Source: Abditibacteriaceae bacterium
Lineage (GTDB): Bacteria; Armatimonadota; Abditibacteriia; Abditibacteriales; Abditibacteriaceae
Reading direction: 5' to 3'
Assembly (NCBI GenBank): GCA_031425655.1
Contig: JANPJS010000327.1
Location: 1 to 18,379 of the forward strand
Length of the DNA: 18,379 nucleotides
The notes below the pieces were generated by a model that saw only the letters and a list, made by a program, of their open reading frames with translations, did not search any database and was not told the DNA's origin. Position numbers and translations under genes: made by a program. Within the stretch, counting starts at the first letter, position 1. Each line of letters starts with the position of its first letter. Shown here piece after piece: positions 1 through 8,923 of this stretch.

Positions 1-104
1 CGATTGAAATCGGGGGCTACCGCTACGAAGTCCGCCTGCGCGGACTCGAAATTTAGTCCGCGAAGGCGGACTTTGTAAGCATAGCGCCCCATTTTAATGG
101 GGTG
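1..104. repeat. GTAG-type REPIN (inverted REP pair around a GAAGTCCGCCTGCGCGGACT core), truncated by the window start
   Basis: 1-20 reverse-complements to GTAGCCCCCGATTTCAATCG. The core cgaagtccgcctgcgcggact is identical to the copies near 10714 and 14136. The right arm is ATAGCGCCCCATTTTAATGGGG. Confidence 0.8.
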
Positions 105-243
105 AACACAGGCGAAGTTCTTAAGTTGATGCCTATGCGGCGAGAATCGCCATGCCCAACGGGTCATCTTTCGCGCCGGCTTTTATAATGTCAACTGCTA
201 AACCCGCCTATTTGAGCCGCGTAACAGCTCTAAACATAAACGC

Positions 244-3200
244 ATGACTATTTTCCATCGCATCATTGCCATATTGATGATTTTTTCGTCATCGGCGGCC
301 CGCGCCGACGCGCCCAAGTTCGCGCCGGAGCAGATTGAGTTTTTCGAGAAACGCGTGCGGCCCGTCTTGGCCGAGCAGTGTTATAGCTGCCACAGCACGC
401 AGTCGAAAAAGCTCAAAGGCGGCTTGCGACTCGATTCTCGCGCGGCCATTTTGCAGGGCGGCGACAGCGGCCCGGCCATCGTGCCCGGCGACCCGGACAA
501 AAGCCGTCTCATTACTTCGGTGCGCTACGCCCATCAGGATTTGCAGATGCCGCCCAAAGGCAAACTGCCGGACGCGCAGATTGCCGACATGGTGGAATGG
601 GTGCGGCAAGGCGCGCCGTGGCCCGCCGAAAAAGTTGTGACCACAAGCGCCGCCAACGATTTCAATCTCGCCAAGCGCAAAGCCGAATTCTGGAGCTGGC
701 AGCCGCCGCGCGCAGTGCCGCTGCCGAAAGTCAAAAACACCAAATGGAGCGCCCAGCCGATTGACCGCTTTATTTTGGCGCGGCTTGAACAAAGCAATCT
801 CGCGCCCGCACCGCCCGCCGAAGCGCGCGTGCTGCTGCGCCGCTTGAATTTCGACATCACCGGCTTGCCGCCGACCGCTGAAGAAAGCGAAGCCTTCGCC
901 AAAGACGCCATCGCCAACCGTCCTGCCGCCGTCGAGCGCGTGGTAGACAGACTGCTGGCTTCGCCGCAATTCGGCGAGCGCTGGGCGCGGCATTGGCTCG
1001 ACCTTGTGCGCTACGCCGAAACGCGCGGCCACGAGTTCGATTTCACCATCCCCAACGCATGGCAATACCGCGATTACGTGGTTCGCGCCCTCAACGCTGA
1101 CGTGCCTTACGATCAATTCACGCGCGAGCATCTCGCCGGCGATTTGCTGCCGGCGCCGCGCCTTTCGGCGAATGGCGCCAACGAATCCATTTTAGGCACC
1201 GGCTTCTGGTTTCTCGGCGAGGAAGTGCATTCGCCCGTAGACATTCGCGCCGACGAAACCGACCGATTGGACAACCGCCTCGATACGATGTCGAAGACTT
1301 TTCTCGGCATGACGGTGGCCTGCGCGCGTTGCCACGACCATAAATTCGACGCCATTTCGCAGCGCGATTATTACGCGATGAGCGGTTTTCTCATCAGCAG
1401 CAGTTATCGGCAGGCGCGCTTCGGCAGCATGGAAACCAACCGCGCCGTCGCCGCCGAATTGGATAAATGGCAGCAAACCGCGCGGCCCGCATTGCAAAAA
1501 GCCACCGGCGCGGCGCTGCAAAGCGGACTCGAAGGCGCGCCGCAATATCTGCTGGCCGCGCGCGAAGTTTTGGACGGCGCCGCGCCGGAGGCTGTCGCTG
1601 TAAAAACCGGACTCGACATAGCGCATTTGGCGCGTTGGAGCGCGGCGCTCAAAGCCGCGAAGCATGACGAAGCGCATCCTCTGAGCGCCTTCGCTGCGAC
1701 GACATTGGACGCGCCCGACACCGAGTTTGCGCGGCGTCGCGCGGCGTTGCTGGAGCGGTGGAACAAGCAAAAAGCCGAGTCGAGCAAGATTATCGCGCCG
1801 GAAAGCATCGTCGTGGATTACGCCCGGCCCGGAACGGGCGATTGGTTGCAGGACGGCTTCAGTTTCGGCGCGCGTCCGGCGCAATCCGGCGAGGCGATTC
1901 TTGGCAACGACGAAAAACCGCTGCTCGGCGTCGTCACGCGCAGCGGCGCGCGGCGCGGCGAAGCGTGGAAAAAACTGGCCGTGCAAGGCGCCGAACGCGA
2001 TGTCGGCGCGCTGGGCGTTTGGGAGCGCAGTGAGCAAACGCTGCGCACGCGCGACTTCACATTAAACGCCAGCAAGCTGTGGTATTTGGTGCGCGGCGGC
2101 GTGCGCGCTTACGCGGCGGTGGATTCGCACCTCATGGTGCAAGGCCCGCTGCACGGCGCATTACTGCGCGAATTCAAGGACGAAAACGGGGGCTGGCACT
2201 GGGTCGAGCAGCACCTCGCCGATTATCGCGGCCATCGTTTGCACGTCGAATTCAGCCCGCTGGACAAGGGCGACTTAACGATCGCGATGGTTGTGCAGTC
2301 CGACGCGCGCCCGCCTTTGCCTGCCCCGGACGAGGCGTTGCGCGCCGCGTTGGCCGATGAAAAAACGGGGTCGCCGCAGGCATTGGCAACTGCCCTTGCC
2401 GCTGCTTGGCAAAGCGTGGCCGAGCAAATGAAAAACGGCGCCATCGCGCCGAGCCACACGGCGATGGCCGATGCGCTGCTGCGCGAACAAGAGTTATTTA
2501 TCCCGCCGGACAGCGCGGCGAGGCGCGCTTTAACCGAAGCCGCGCGGCCTTTATTGGCGGAGCAGACCAAAATCACGGCGCGCATTCAGGCCCATTCGCC
2601 GACCGCGCCGGCCATGATGGACGGCAGTGGCATGGATGAATTTCTATTGATTCGCGGCCAGTCGAAAAACCTCGGCGGAGCCGTGCCGCGCCGCTTTCTC
2701 GAAGCCCTTTCCGGCGACAAAGCGCCGTCATTTCACGGTAGCGGGCGTTTGGAATTGGCGCAGCAAATCACCGCCGCGAGCAACCCGTTCACGGCGCGCG
2801 TGATGGTGAATCGCGTGTGGCATCACTTGTTCGGACGCGGCATCGTGCCGACGGTGGACAACTTCGGCGTGCTGGGCCAGCCGCCATCGCACCGCGAACT
2901 GCTCGATCATCTGGCGCTGCGTTTTTCGCGCGAACAAGGCTGGTCAATCAAAAAGCTCATTCGTGAAATCGTGCTGTCGAACGCTTACCAAATGGCGAGC
3001 GCACCCGCCAATGAGCGCACCGAAAGCGCCGATCCGCAAAACGTGCTGCTGCATCGCGCCAACGTCAAGCGCCTCGAAGGCGAGGCCATCCGCGACGCGA
3101 TTTTGGCAGCGTCGGGCCGCCTCGATTTAAAAATGGGCGGCGCGCCGGTGCCGGTTTATCTGACGGCATTTATGGACGGGCGAGGCCGGCCCGGCAACGG

Positions 3201-3603
3201 CCCGCAAGACGGCGACGGGCGGCGCAGCCTTTACATCGCGGTGCGGCGCAATTTCTTGCAACCGATGATGCTCGCCTTCGACACGCCGATTCCCTTCATC
3301 ACGATGGGCCGTCGCAACGTGTCTAACGTCCCGGCGCAGGCATTGATTTTGATGAATGACCCGTTCGTAGTCGGGCAGGCACAAGTTTGGGCGAAGAAAA
3401 CCGCGTCCATCGCCGACCCCGCCGAGCGCGTGCGTCAAATGTATCTCGCGGTCTTCGCCCGCCCACCCGCCGACGCGGAACTGGCCTCCGCACTGCAATT
3501 CATAACGGAGCAGACGAAACTCGACGATGGAAAGCCCGAAGCGGCGTGGGCCGATTTCGCGCACGTTTTGTTCAATGTGAAAGAGTTCGTTTACGTGAGA
3601 TAG
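244..3603 (+). CDS. Planctomycete cytochrome c (PSCyt1) / DUF1549 (PSCyt2) / DUF1553 (PSD1) domain protein, secreted
   Basis: Signal peptide; FFEKRVRPVLAEQCYSCH (CxxCH); IDRFILARL, LLRRLNFDITGLPP, FGERWARHWLDLVRYAET and CARCHDHKFD (DUF1549); ARVMVNRVWHHLFGRGIV, RRSLY and VPAQALILMN (DUF1553). Confidence 0.93.
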   Translation: MTIFHRIIAILMIFSSSAARADAPKFAPEQIEFFEKRVRPVLAEQCYSCHSTQSKKLKGGLRLDSRAAILQGGDSGPAIVPGDPDKSRLITSVRYAHQDLQMPPKGKLPDAQIADMVEWVRQGAPWPAEKVVTTSAANDFNLAKRKAEFWSWQPPRAVPLPKVKNTKWSAQPIDRFILARLEQSNLAPAPPAEARVLLRRLNFDITGLPPTAEESEAFAKDAIANRPAAVERVVDRLLASPQFGERWARHWLDLVRYAETRGHEFDFTIPNAWQYRDYVVRALNADVPYDQFTREHLAGDLLPAPRLSANGANESILGTGFWFLGEEVHSPVDIRADETDRLDNRLDTMSKTFLGMTVACARCHDHKFDAISQRDYYAMSGFLISSSYRQARFGSMETNRAVAAELDKWQQTARPALQKATGAALQSGLEGAPQYLLAAREVLDGAAPEAVAVKTGLDIAHLARWSAALKAAKHDEAHPLSAFAATTLDAPDTEFARRRAALLERWNKQKAESSKIIAPESIVVDYARPGTGDWLQDGFSFGARPAQSGEAILGNDEKPLLGVVTRSGARRGEAWKKLAVQGAERDVGALGVWERSEQTLRTRDFTLNASKLWYLVRGGVRAYAAVDSHLMVQGPLHGALLREFKDENGGWHWVEQHLADYRGHRLHVEFSPLDKGDLTIAMVVQSDARPPLPAPDEALRAALADEKTGSPQALATALAAAWQSVAEQMKNGAIAPSHTAMADALLREQELFIPPDSAARRALTEAARPLLAEQTKITARIQAHSPTAPAMMDGSGMDEFLLIRGQSKNLGGAVPRRFLEALSGDKAPSFHGSGRLELAQQITAASNPFTARVMVNRVWHHLFGRGIVPTVDNFGVLGQPPSHRELLDHLALRFSREQGWSIKKLIREIVLSNAYQMASAPANERTESADPQNVLLHRANVKRLEGEAIRDAILAASGRLDLKMGGAPVPVYLTAFMDGRGRPGNGPQDGDGRRSLYIAVRRNFLQPMMLAFDTPIPFITMGRRNVSNVPAQALILMNDPFVVGQAQVWAKKTASIADPAERVRQMYLAVFARPPADAELASALQFITEQTKLDDGKPEAAWADFAHVLFNVKEFVYVR

Positions 3604-3770
3604 GTTTCAGAACCCCATCCCCGGCCCTTCCCCTTGAAACGGCAAAGGGGAAGGGTGTCCCGCCGCTTTTGCTTTGAAAAAGTAATAATTTATCCGAAGC
3701 AAAAGGTGTTCCAACTCCCTTCCCCATTGCCGTTTCAAGGGGAAGGGCCGGGGATGGGGTTCCGAAATCT
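3602..3770. repeat. About 170-bp palindromic repeat (CCCTTCCCCTT..GGCAAAGGGGAAGGG family)
   Basis: Arms of about 54 bp (3602-3655 and 3717-3770) are near-perfect inverted repeats, with inner cttttgctt/aagcaaaag pairing. The arm sequence is shared with the elements at 8752 and 16690. Confidence 0.85.
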
Positions 3771-3788
3771 GTTAGTTTTAAACACATC

Positions 3789-5228
3789 ATGCACCACAAA
3801 AAAAATCCCTTTGCTCAACCGCTCAGCCGGCGCGAAATGCTGACGCGCTGCGCCAATGGCTTCGGCGCGCTGGCCTTGACGGCGCTCTTATCCGACCAAG
3901 CCTACGGCGCGGCGAACATGAAAAAAGCCAGTGGCCCGTTAGCGCCCAAAACGCCGAAGTTTCCGGCCAAAGCCAAAGCGGTAATTTTTCTTTATATGGA
4001 CGGCGGACCGTCGCAGGTAGACACCTTCGACCCCAAACCGCGCCTGACTGCCGAGAACGGCAAGCCCTTCGGAATGAAAATGGAGGCCACGCAGTTCAAC
4101 AACCGGGGCAGCACGCTCGGTTCGCCGTGGCAATTCAAGCAATATGGGCAAAGCGGGACGCCGGTCAGCGACTTGTTCCCATTTGTGGCGCAGTGCGTGG
4201 ACGATTTGGCCGTAGTGCGTTCGATGACCAGCAATTTCTCGGAACACACCAACGCCAACTATTTTTTGCACACCGGCACCGGACTTCAAGGGCGGCCCAG
4301 CATGGGCGCGTGGTGCGGCTACGGTTTGGGCAGCGAAAACGCCGATTTGCCCGGCTTCGTGGTGCTGAACGGCGGCCTGATTCCGCCCGGAGGTTTGGAT
4401 AATTTCAACAGCGGCTTTTTGCCTGCCGCGTTTCAAGGCTCGATTTTCAAAACCGGCGCCAATCCCGTCGCCAACGTCACGCCGACCGAAGCCAAACCGC
4501 AGCAACAGGCCGCAAAACTGGCTTTGCTGCGCCAACTCGATTCCGGCGTGATGGAGCGCATGGGCAAAAACGACGAGGTCGAAAGCGCCATCGCCAACTA
4601 CGAACTGGCGTTCCGAATGCAGTCCGCCGTGCCGGAACTGATGGATTTGCGCGGCGAAAGCGAGGCGACAAAAAAGCTTTACGCTCTCGATTCGCCCAAC
4701 AAACTCACCGCGTCTTACGGCGAGCAATGCCTTTTGGCGCGGCGCCTCGTAGAGCGCGGCGTGCGCTTTATCGAGCTAACCTGCCCATCCACGCCGGGTG
4801 CCGACCGCTGGGATCAGCACGGCAATTTGCGTGACCATCACGCTAAAAACGCGCTCAACGTGGATCAACCCATCGCCGGACTGCTGCGCGACTTGAAAAG
4901 CCGGGGCTTACTCGATTCAACACTGGTGGTTTGGGGCGGCGAATTCGGGCGCACGCCGTTCGCGCAGGGCACCGATGGCCGCGATCACAACCCGTTCGGC
5001 TTTTCGATGTGGATGGCCGGCGGCGGCATCAAAGGCGGCACGATTTACGGCGCGACGGACGAATACGGCTACAAAGCCGTCGAAAACAAAGTCACCATCC
5101 ACGACTTGCACGCCACGATGCTGCATTTGCTGGGCGTTGACCACACCAATTTGACGTTCCGCTTTTCGGGCCGCGACATTCGCCTCACGGACGTTCACGG
5201 CGAAGTCGTCAAAGACATTTTGACGTAG
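3789..5228 (+). CDS. DUF1501 domain protein with Tat-like leader
   Basis: SRREML twin-arginine-like motif; AKAVIFLYMDGGPSQVDTFDPKP, LLARRLVERGVRFI, WDQH, GEFGRTP, GRDH and DLHATMLHLLG. This family commonly neighbours DUF1549/1553 genes. Confidence 0.93.
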   Translation: MHHKKNPFAQPLSRREMLTRCANGFGALALTALLSDQAYGAANMKKASGPLAPKTPKFPAKAKAVIFLYMDGGPSQVDTFDPKPRLTAENGKPFGMKMEATQFNNRGSTLGSPWQFKQYGQSGTPVSDLFPFVAQCVDDLAVVRSMTSNFSEHTNANYFLHTGTGLQGRPSMGAWCGYGLGSENADLPGFVVLNGGLIPPGGLDNFNSGFLPAAFQGSIFKTGANPVANVTPTEAKPQQQAAKLALLRQLDSGVMERMGKNDEVESAIANYELAFRMQSAVPELMDLRGESEATKKLYALDSPNKLTASYGEQCLLARRLVERGVRFIELTCPSTPGADRWDQHGNLRDHHAKNALNVDQPIAGLLRDLKSRGLLDSTLVVWGGEFGRTPFAQGTDGRDHNPFGFSMWMAGGGIKGGTIYGATDEYGYKAVENKVTIHDLHATMLHLLGVDHTNLTFRFSGRDIRLTDVHGEVVKDILT

Positions 5229-5474
5229 TCAGACGCGCTGGAAGTGAGTCCGTAATCGTCACGCTCGTGTCGAGGCATCTCTATGAAAATCTCTAAAAAG
5301 ACTTCGGTGACGTGGTTCAAGTTAGCCCTGCCTCAGTTCAATCTTAATTCTTCGCTTTACGCAGTGGAGTGTGATAAGCGAAGAGCGACTTCGTCACTCT
5401 TTGCACCGCCTACCATAACCCACCGCGTAAGGTGAGTTAATTCTTCGCTTTAATTATTTCCCATTAAAATCTCA

Positions 5475-5692
5475 GAAGCTGTCTGAGAATTCGTCAAAGC
5501 CTCAAACCGAAGACTTTTCAATAGGACGCGGAGCTTCGCTTTCCTGCCCAGAGGGCGCCCGAAACGACTTTGAAGGCGCGGTTTTTCCGAAAGAAATCAG
5601 CGAAAATCAGCGCACAACGTCCGCGTAGCGAAGCTCCGCGTCCTATTGAAAGCGGCTCAACTCAGGATTGATAGCTATTCTCAGACAGTTTC
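5475..5692. mobile_element. MITE, 218 bp, IS5 (IS1031-group)-like ends
   Basis: TIRs gaagctgtctgagaat (5475-5490) and attctcagacagtttc (5677-5692) match 15/16. Flanks are TCA/TAA. There is an internal perfect 25-bp inverted repeat at 5516-5540/5627-5651. The IS family call is inferred. Confidence 0.7.
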
Positions 5693-5843
5693 TAAGGCTG
5701 CCTTTGCTTACTCGATTCGCTTCGCCCGTAACGCTTTCCATTGACAGCGACGACTTCATAAATCCAGAACCAATTATGGCCTTTATTAGGTCGGTGGAGC
5801 CATCATCATATTCTGGCGCAAATAGTGCATCTGTATTAGCATC

Positions 5844-6023
5844 ATGCGCCCTCTTGTTATATCTCTTCTCACCGCCGGCATTGGCTGGTCGGTTATCTGG
5901 AGTGACGGGTGCCGCGCCGATACCCACGATTTTACTCGTCATGCAGAGGCTAAGAAATTCTTCGAGAGCCTGGCGAGCAAGAACCCGAACGCCGTTTGTT
6001 ACGTGGAAGGCAAACCCCGGTGA
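5844..6023 (+). CDS. Possible 59-aa small protein (MRPLVISLLTAGIGWSVIWSDG...CYVEGKPR)
   Basis: Translated by hand; not in the ORF track. It is followed by a + strand terminator at 6077-6113 but has no clear RBS. Confidence 0.3.
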   Translation: MRPLVISLLTAGIGWSVIWSDGCRADTHDFTRHAEAKKFFESLASKNPNAVCYVEGKPR

Positions 6024-6076
6024 CAAACACTTGACTCCCTGCGTGCTTTCGCTTTCTTGACTTGGAAATAAACGGC

Positions 6077-6113
6077 AACAGGCCCGGCATTAATTGATGC
6101 CGGGCCTGTTTTT
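6077..6113 (+). terminator. Rho-independent terminator
   Basis: 14-bp perfect stem aacaggcccggcat/atgccgggcctgtt ending in a T-run on +. It may also serve the converging 716-aa gene. Confidence 0.75.
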
Positions 6114-6140
6114 CGCGGGAATCGTGTTCTGGCGTTTATT

Positions 6141-8291
6141 TTATATTTCTTCAATTCGCGCTTGAGCCGTTTCGACCAAGCGGTCGAACCAGCGGCCATC
6201 AGGCGAAACCAGCGGGAACCACCACGCCGTCGGACGATAATTCGTGTAGCGCAAACCGTCGCTGACCAGCATCGCATCGCGCGTGCGGCGCAGACGTTCG
6301 AGTTCGGCTTCGTAACGCAGTTCAGAGCGCGATTGGCGCGCAGAAGCGACTTCGGCGCTGCGTTCGAGCGCCAATTTTTCGCGCACTTTTTCTTTCGAGG
6401 TCGCGCGCAATTCGCGGGCGCGGCGGCGCAACTCGTTGATTTCGTCATCGAAGTGCCTGCGCCCATTTTCGAGCGCCGCGATTTGAGCGCGCAAGGCTTC
6501 GATTTCGCGTGCTTCGGCTTCAGACTGCTCGGTCGCGGCGGCGCGTTCTTCTTTGCTTGGCTTGCGGGGTTTGCCGGTTGCCGCGTCCATCGGCACTTCG
6601 CTCAGACGGCGCGATTGGCTTTCCTTGATGTCGAACAAGCGTTCGCGCAGCGGCTGCACGTTGGCGCGAAAATCCTGACCTTTAACCAACTCGATTTGCC
6701 CGGCGCGTTCGCTGTCCGCCGAAGCCGCAGCGCGCAGTTCGACGATTTCTTTTTCCAGAGCTTCGGTGCGCTGGTGCAAAGTGGAAATCGTGGCGTGCGC
6801 CACATTGTATTGGTCGCGCCGCACCGGCCATGCGCCGGCAAATTTATCGGAAAGCAAGGCCAAAAGTTCGCGCGGTGAGCGACAGTTTTTCAAAGCTTCA
6901 CGCAAGGCGTCCTGGGCATCGCAGACATCGCTCCAGCGTGCCGCGAATTCGCCCGCCGGCACATCGCGCCGGCCAAAAGCCGCTTCCAAATGCGGAGGCA
7001 GCGCGAAAACAGCGCGCGTTTCAGATAAAGCGTCCCACGTCGCATAGCGCAATCGCAACAGCGGATGCAATGGCAATTCGATGCCCGCAGCGCGTAGCGC
7101 GTCGTTCATTTTCTGCGTGCGCGAGGTATAACTCGACGCCTTTTCGTGAAACACGAAGATAAATTCGTGCGCCAGCATCGAAATCAGCGAGACCGCTTTG
7201 CCGACCAGTGCCACGTCTGGGCCGAGTTTGGCTTCGAGAGCGCAGGCTAATTTTTCGACCGAATCACAAGCGCAGTCGGCGATGACGATGCGCGTTTCGG
7301 TTTCGATGCTGAGCGTGCCGTCGTGCAGGCGCAGCGTGCCGCGCCCCTGACCGGGAATGACGACATCGAAAGGCAGCGCGCCGGGGCCGAATTGGTCGAG
7401 CGTATAAATACCGCTGCCACGCACCGCGTCGTCGTAGCAGCACCGGGCCGTTTCGCGCGTAGCCGGGTTGAGAAAGATGTCCACGAAGCGAAAACGCGGC
7501 AGCGACTGCGTTTCGCGGTTGAAGCGAAAAAGGCGCAGCGACGAACTCGTGGTGAGATTGCACGAACCGGTGCCGCGCACTAACGCCCAAAGTCGCGGCG
7601 TCAGCCAGCGATATAAATCGGAAAGCGTGCCCTCCGGCTCCTGCGCCAGATAATCCGAAGTCCAGCCAAGAATGCGCTGGGCAATTTCGCGCGCTTGCTC
7701 GGCGCACGCTTCGCAAAACGCCTCGTCGTCGCGCTGCGGCCATACGATGGCAAGGCTTTCGCGGACGGCCCATTCAATTTGTTCAATCAACTGCGGGCCG
7801 ATGTCGCGCAGTTTCACGTCGCCGGCGATCAGCGGACGCGGCTCGGTGTGAACCAAAGCGCGCCAGCCCCAGGCGTTGGTTTCGCGGTTCAGCAGTTCCG
7901 TCATGCCGCCGGGATAATCGCGCGCCACGCGGTCGAATTCCACGCCGTTAGCGGCCAAATTATGGCGCGTCGGCACGATTTCGCTGCCGAAAAGGCACGA
8001 AACTTCGCCCGCCGCGCTCCACAGGCCGCGCGTTTCGCCGTCGTTGTGCGTCAACAAAGCGAATTTCTCGGCGCGATCTTCGAGATGCGATAATTTGGCG
8101 AAATAATCGGTGTCGTGGACGGCGGCCATCATCGGTGTGCCGGGCGCGATGCCTTCCAACATCCGGCAAAACGCCGCTTTGGCGGGTTCGTCCCACAGCA
8201 CGGTCTGGCCCAAAGTCAGGAACGGCGTTTGCGGGAAGCGGGCGCACAGCGATTGAATCGCTAAGGCCGCCGAAGGGTGAAACTCGGACAT
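6141..8291 (-). CDS. Hypothetical 716-aa protein: alpha/beta N-terminal region plus long C-terminal coiled coil (possibly remote BshC-like)
   Basis: Long ORF with motif-like LGQTVLWDE, HDTDYF and GLWSAAGE segments, an E/R/A/L-rich coiled-coil region, and an aromatic tail YRPTAWWFP. Confidence 0.85.
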   Translation of the reverse strand: MSEFHPSAALAIQSLCARFPQTPFLTLGQTVLWDEPAKAAFCRMLEGIAPGTPMMAAVHDTDYFAKLSHLEDRAEKFALLTHNDGETRGLWSAAGEVSCLFGSEIVPTRHNLAANGVEFDRVARDYPGGMTELLNRETNAWGWRALVHTEPRPLIAGDVKLRDIGPQLIEQIEWAVRESLAIVWPQRDDEAFCEACAEQAREIAQRILGWTSDYLAQEPEGTLSDLYRWLTPRLWALVRGTGSCNLTTSSSLRLFRFNRETQSLPRFRFVDIFLNPATRETARCCYDDAVRGSGIYTLDQFGPGALPFDVVIPGQGRGTLRLHDGTLSIETETRIVIADCACDSVEKLACALEAKLGPDVALVGKAVSLISMLAHEFIFVFHEKASSYTSRTQKMNDALRAAGIELPLHPLLRLRYATWDALSETRAVFALPPHLEAAFGRRDVPAGEFAARWSDVCDAQDALREALKNCRSPRELLALLSDKFAGAWPVRRDQYNVAHATISTLHQRTEALEKEIVELRAAASADSERAGQIELVKGQDFRANVQPLRERLFDIKESQSRRLSEVPMDAATGKPRKPSKEERAAATEQSEAEAREIEALRAQIAALENGRRHFDDEINELRRRARELRATSKEKVREKLALERSAEVASARQSRSELRYEAELERLRRTRDAMLVSDGLRYTNYRPTAWWFPLVSPDGRWFDRLVETAQARIEEI

Positions 8292-8339
8292 ATTTGAAAC
8301 CTGATGTTTGTCTGCGGACTTTGCCGCGTTTAACGTCTC

Positions 8340-8431
8340 ATAGCGTTTCTCAGATTGAATGCAACATCAAAGTGCGAGCGGGACGTTTAAGATTCGCTTC
8401 GCAATGGTGCATCTTTTCTGAGAAACGCTAT
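8340..8431. mobile_element. Short MITE-like inverted repeat, IS630-like ends
   Basis: Perfect 15-bp inverted repeat atagcgtttctcaga (8340-8354) / tctgagaaacgctat (8417-8431), extending to 23/28. The expected TA TSD is imperfect on both sides. Confidence 0.5.
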
Positions 8432-8519
8432 CAGAAGTTTAACCGATGCCTTGTTTTCAAAAACATTTAATGAAAGTTCGCTACGCTGGATAACGGCCTT
8501 TTGGAAAGCGAATTTTACC

Positions 8520-8711
8520 ATGACCGAACTCTTGCGTTCGTATCTCAATTTGGAAGCGCGATTAAGCCGGTGGCGCGCCGAACACCCTCGCTTTACGCCC
8601 GAAGAAGCGCAAATATTGGACGAACTCGACGCGCTGTGGCAGCAATTCAACCGCCACGAATTGCTGTGGCTCGACCAATTTTTAAGTGACGAAAAACCTC
8701 GCGCGGCATGA
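8520..8711 (+). CDS. Small helical hypothetical protein, 63 aa (MTELLRSYL...DEKPRAA)
   Basis: ATG at 8520 downstream of GGAAAG; amphipathic helical pattern; directly followed by a hairpin. Confidence 0.6.
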   Translation: MTELLRSYLNLEARLSRWRAEHPRFTPEEAQILDELDALWQQFNRHELLWLDQFLSDEKPRAA

Positions 8712-8747
8712 AAAAAACCCGGCCAATCGCGTAGATTGGCCGGGTTT
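8711..8747. terminator. Probable bidirectional terminator between the 63-aa ORF and phoU
   Basis: 14-bp stem aaacccggccaatc/gattggccgggttt with an A7 run on the left (U-tract on minus) and TTT on +. Confidence 0.75.
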
Positions 8748-8751
8748 CTAA

Positions 8752-8908
8752 GAGGCAGTCTGAAAAGTCCCCTCCCCTTGCCGTTTAAGGGGAGGGTTAG
8801 GGTGGGGTTCTGCGGCTTTTTTAACCCCCTGCCCAGAGGGCACCCGCCACCCCTTCCCCTTGATACGGCAAAGGGGAAGGGAGTTACCAGCACTTTTCAG
8901 GCTGCTTC
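8752..8908. mobile_element. MITE, 157 bp, IS5 (IS1031-group)-like ends, TAA TSD
   Basis: TIRs gaggcagtctgaaaagt / acttttcaggctgcttc match 15/17, with TAA on both sides (8749-8751, 8909-8911). The body is nearly identical to 16690-16832 apart from a net 14-nt insertion. Confidence 0.8.
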
Positions 8909-8923
8909 TAAGGCGAAGACAAA

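Noticed and set aside
152..167. atgcccaacgggtcat, a loose resemblance to the 19-nt patch
   Set aside because: Too degenerate and lacks the GGCACCCG tail.
289..5198. Many antisense and alternate-frame ORFs over the two + strand genes (and likewise over the pst genes)
   Set aside because: Shadow ORFs typical of GC-rich coding DNA, with no recognisable motifs.
5344..5452. Possible mini-CRISPR
   Set aside because: Only two 16-bp repeats, a 77-nt spacer and no cas genes.
5643..6060. 127-aa (minus) and 130-aa (plus) ORFs
   Set aside because: Each has one end inside the MITE and no family motifs. Removing the MITE gives a stop almost immediately on minus, so no interrupted longer gene is restored.
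8751..8909. Similarity of the MITE ends to Neisseriaceae DNA uptake sequences (GCAGCCTGAA)
   Set aside because: They occur only as paired ends with 3-bp TSDs and I saw none in coding DNA, so they are better explained as IS-type TIRs.
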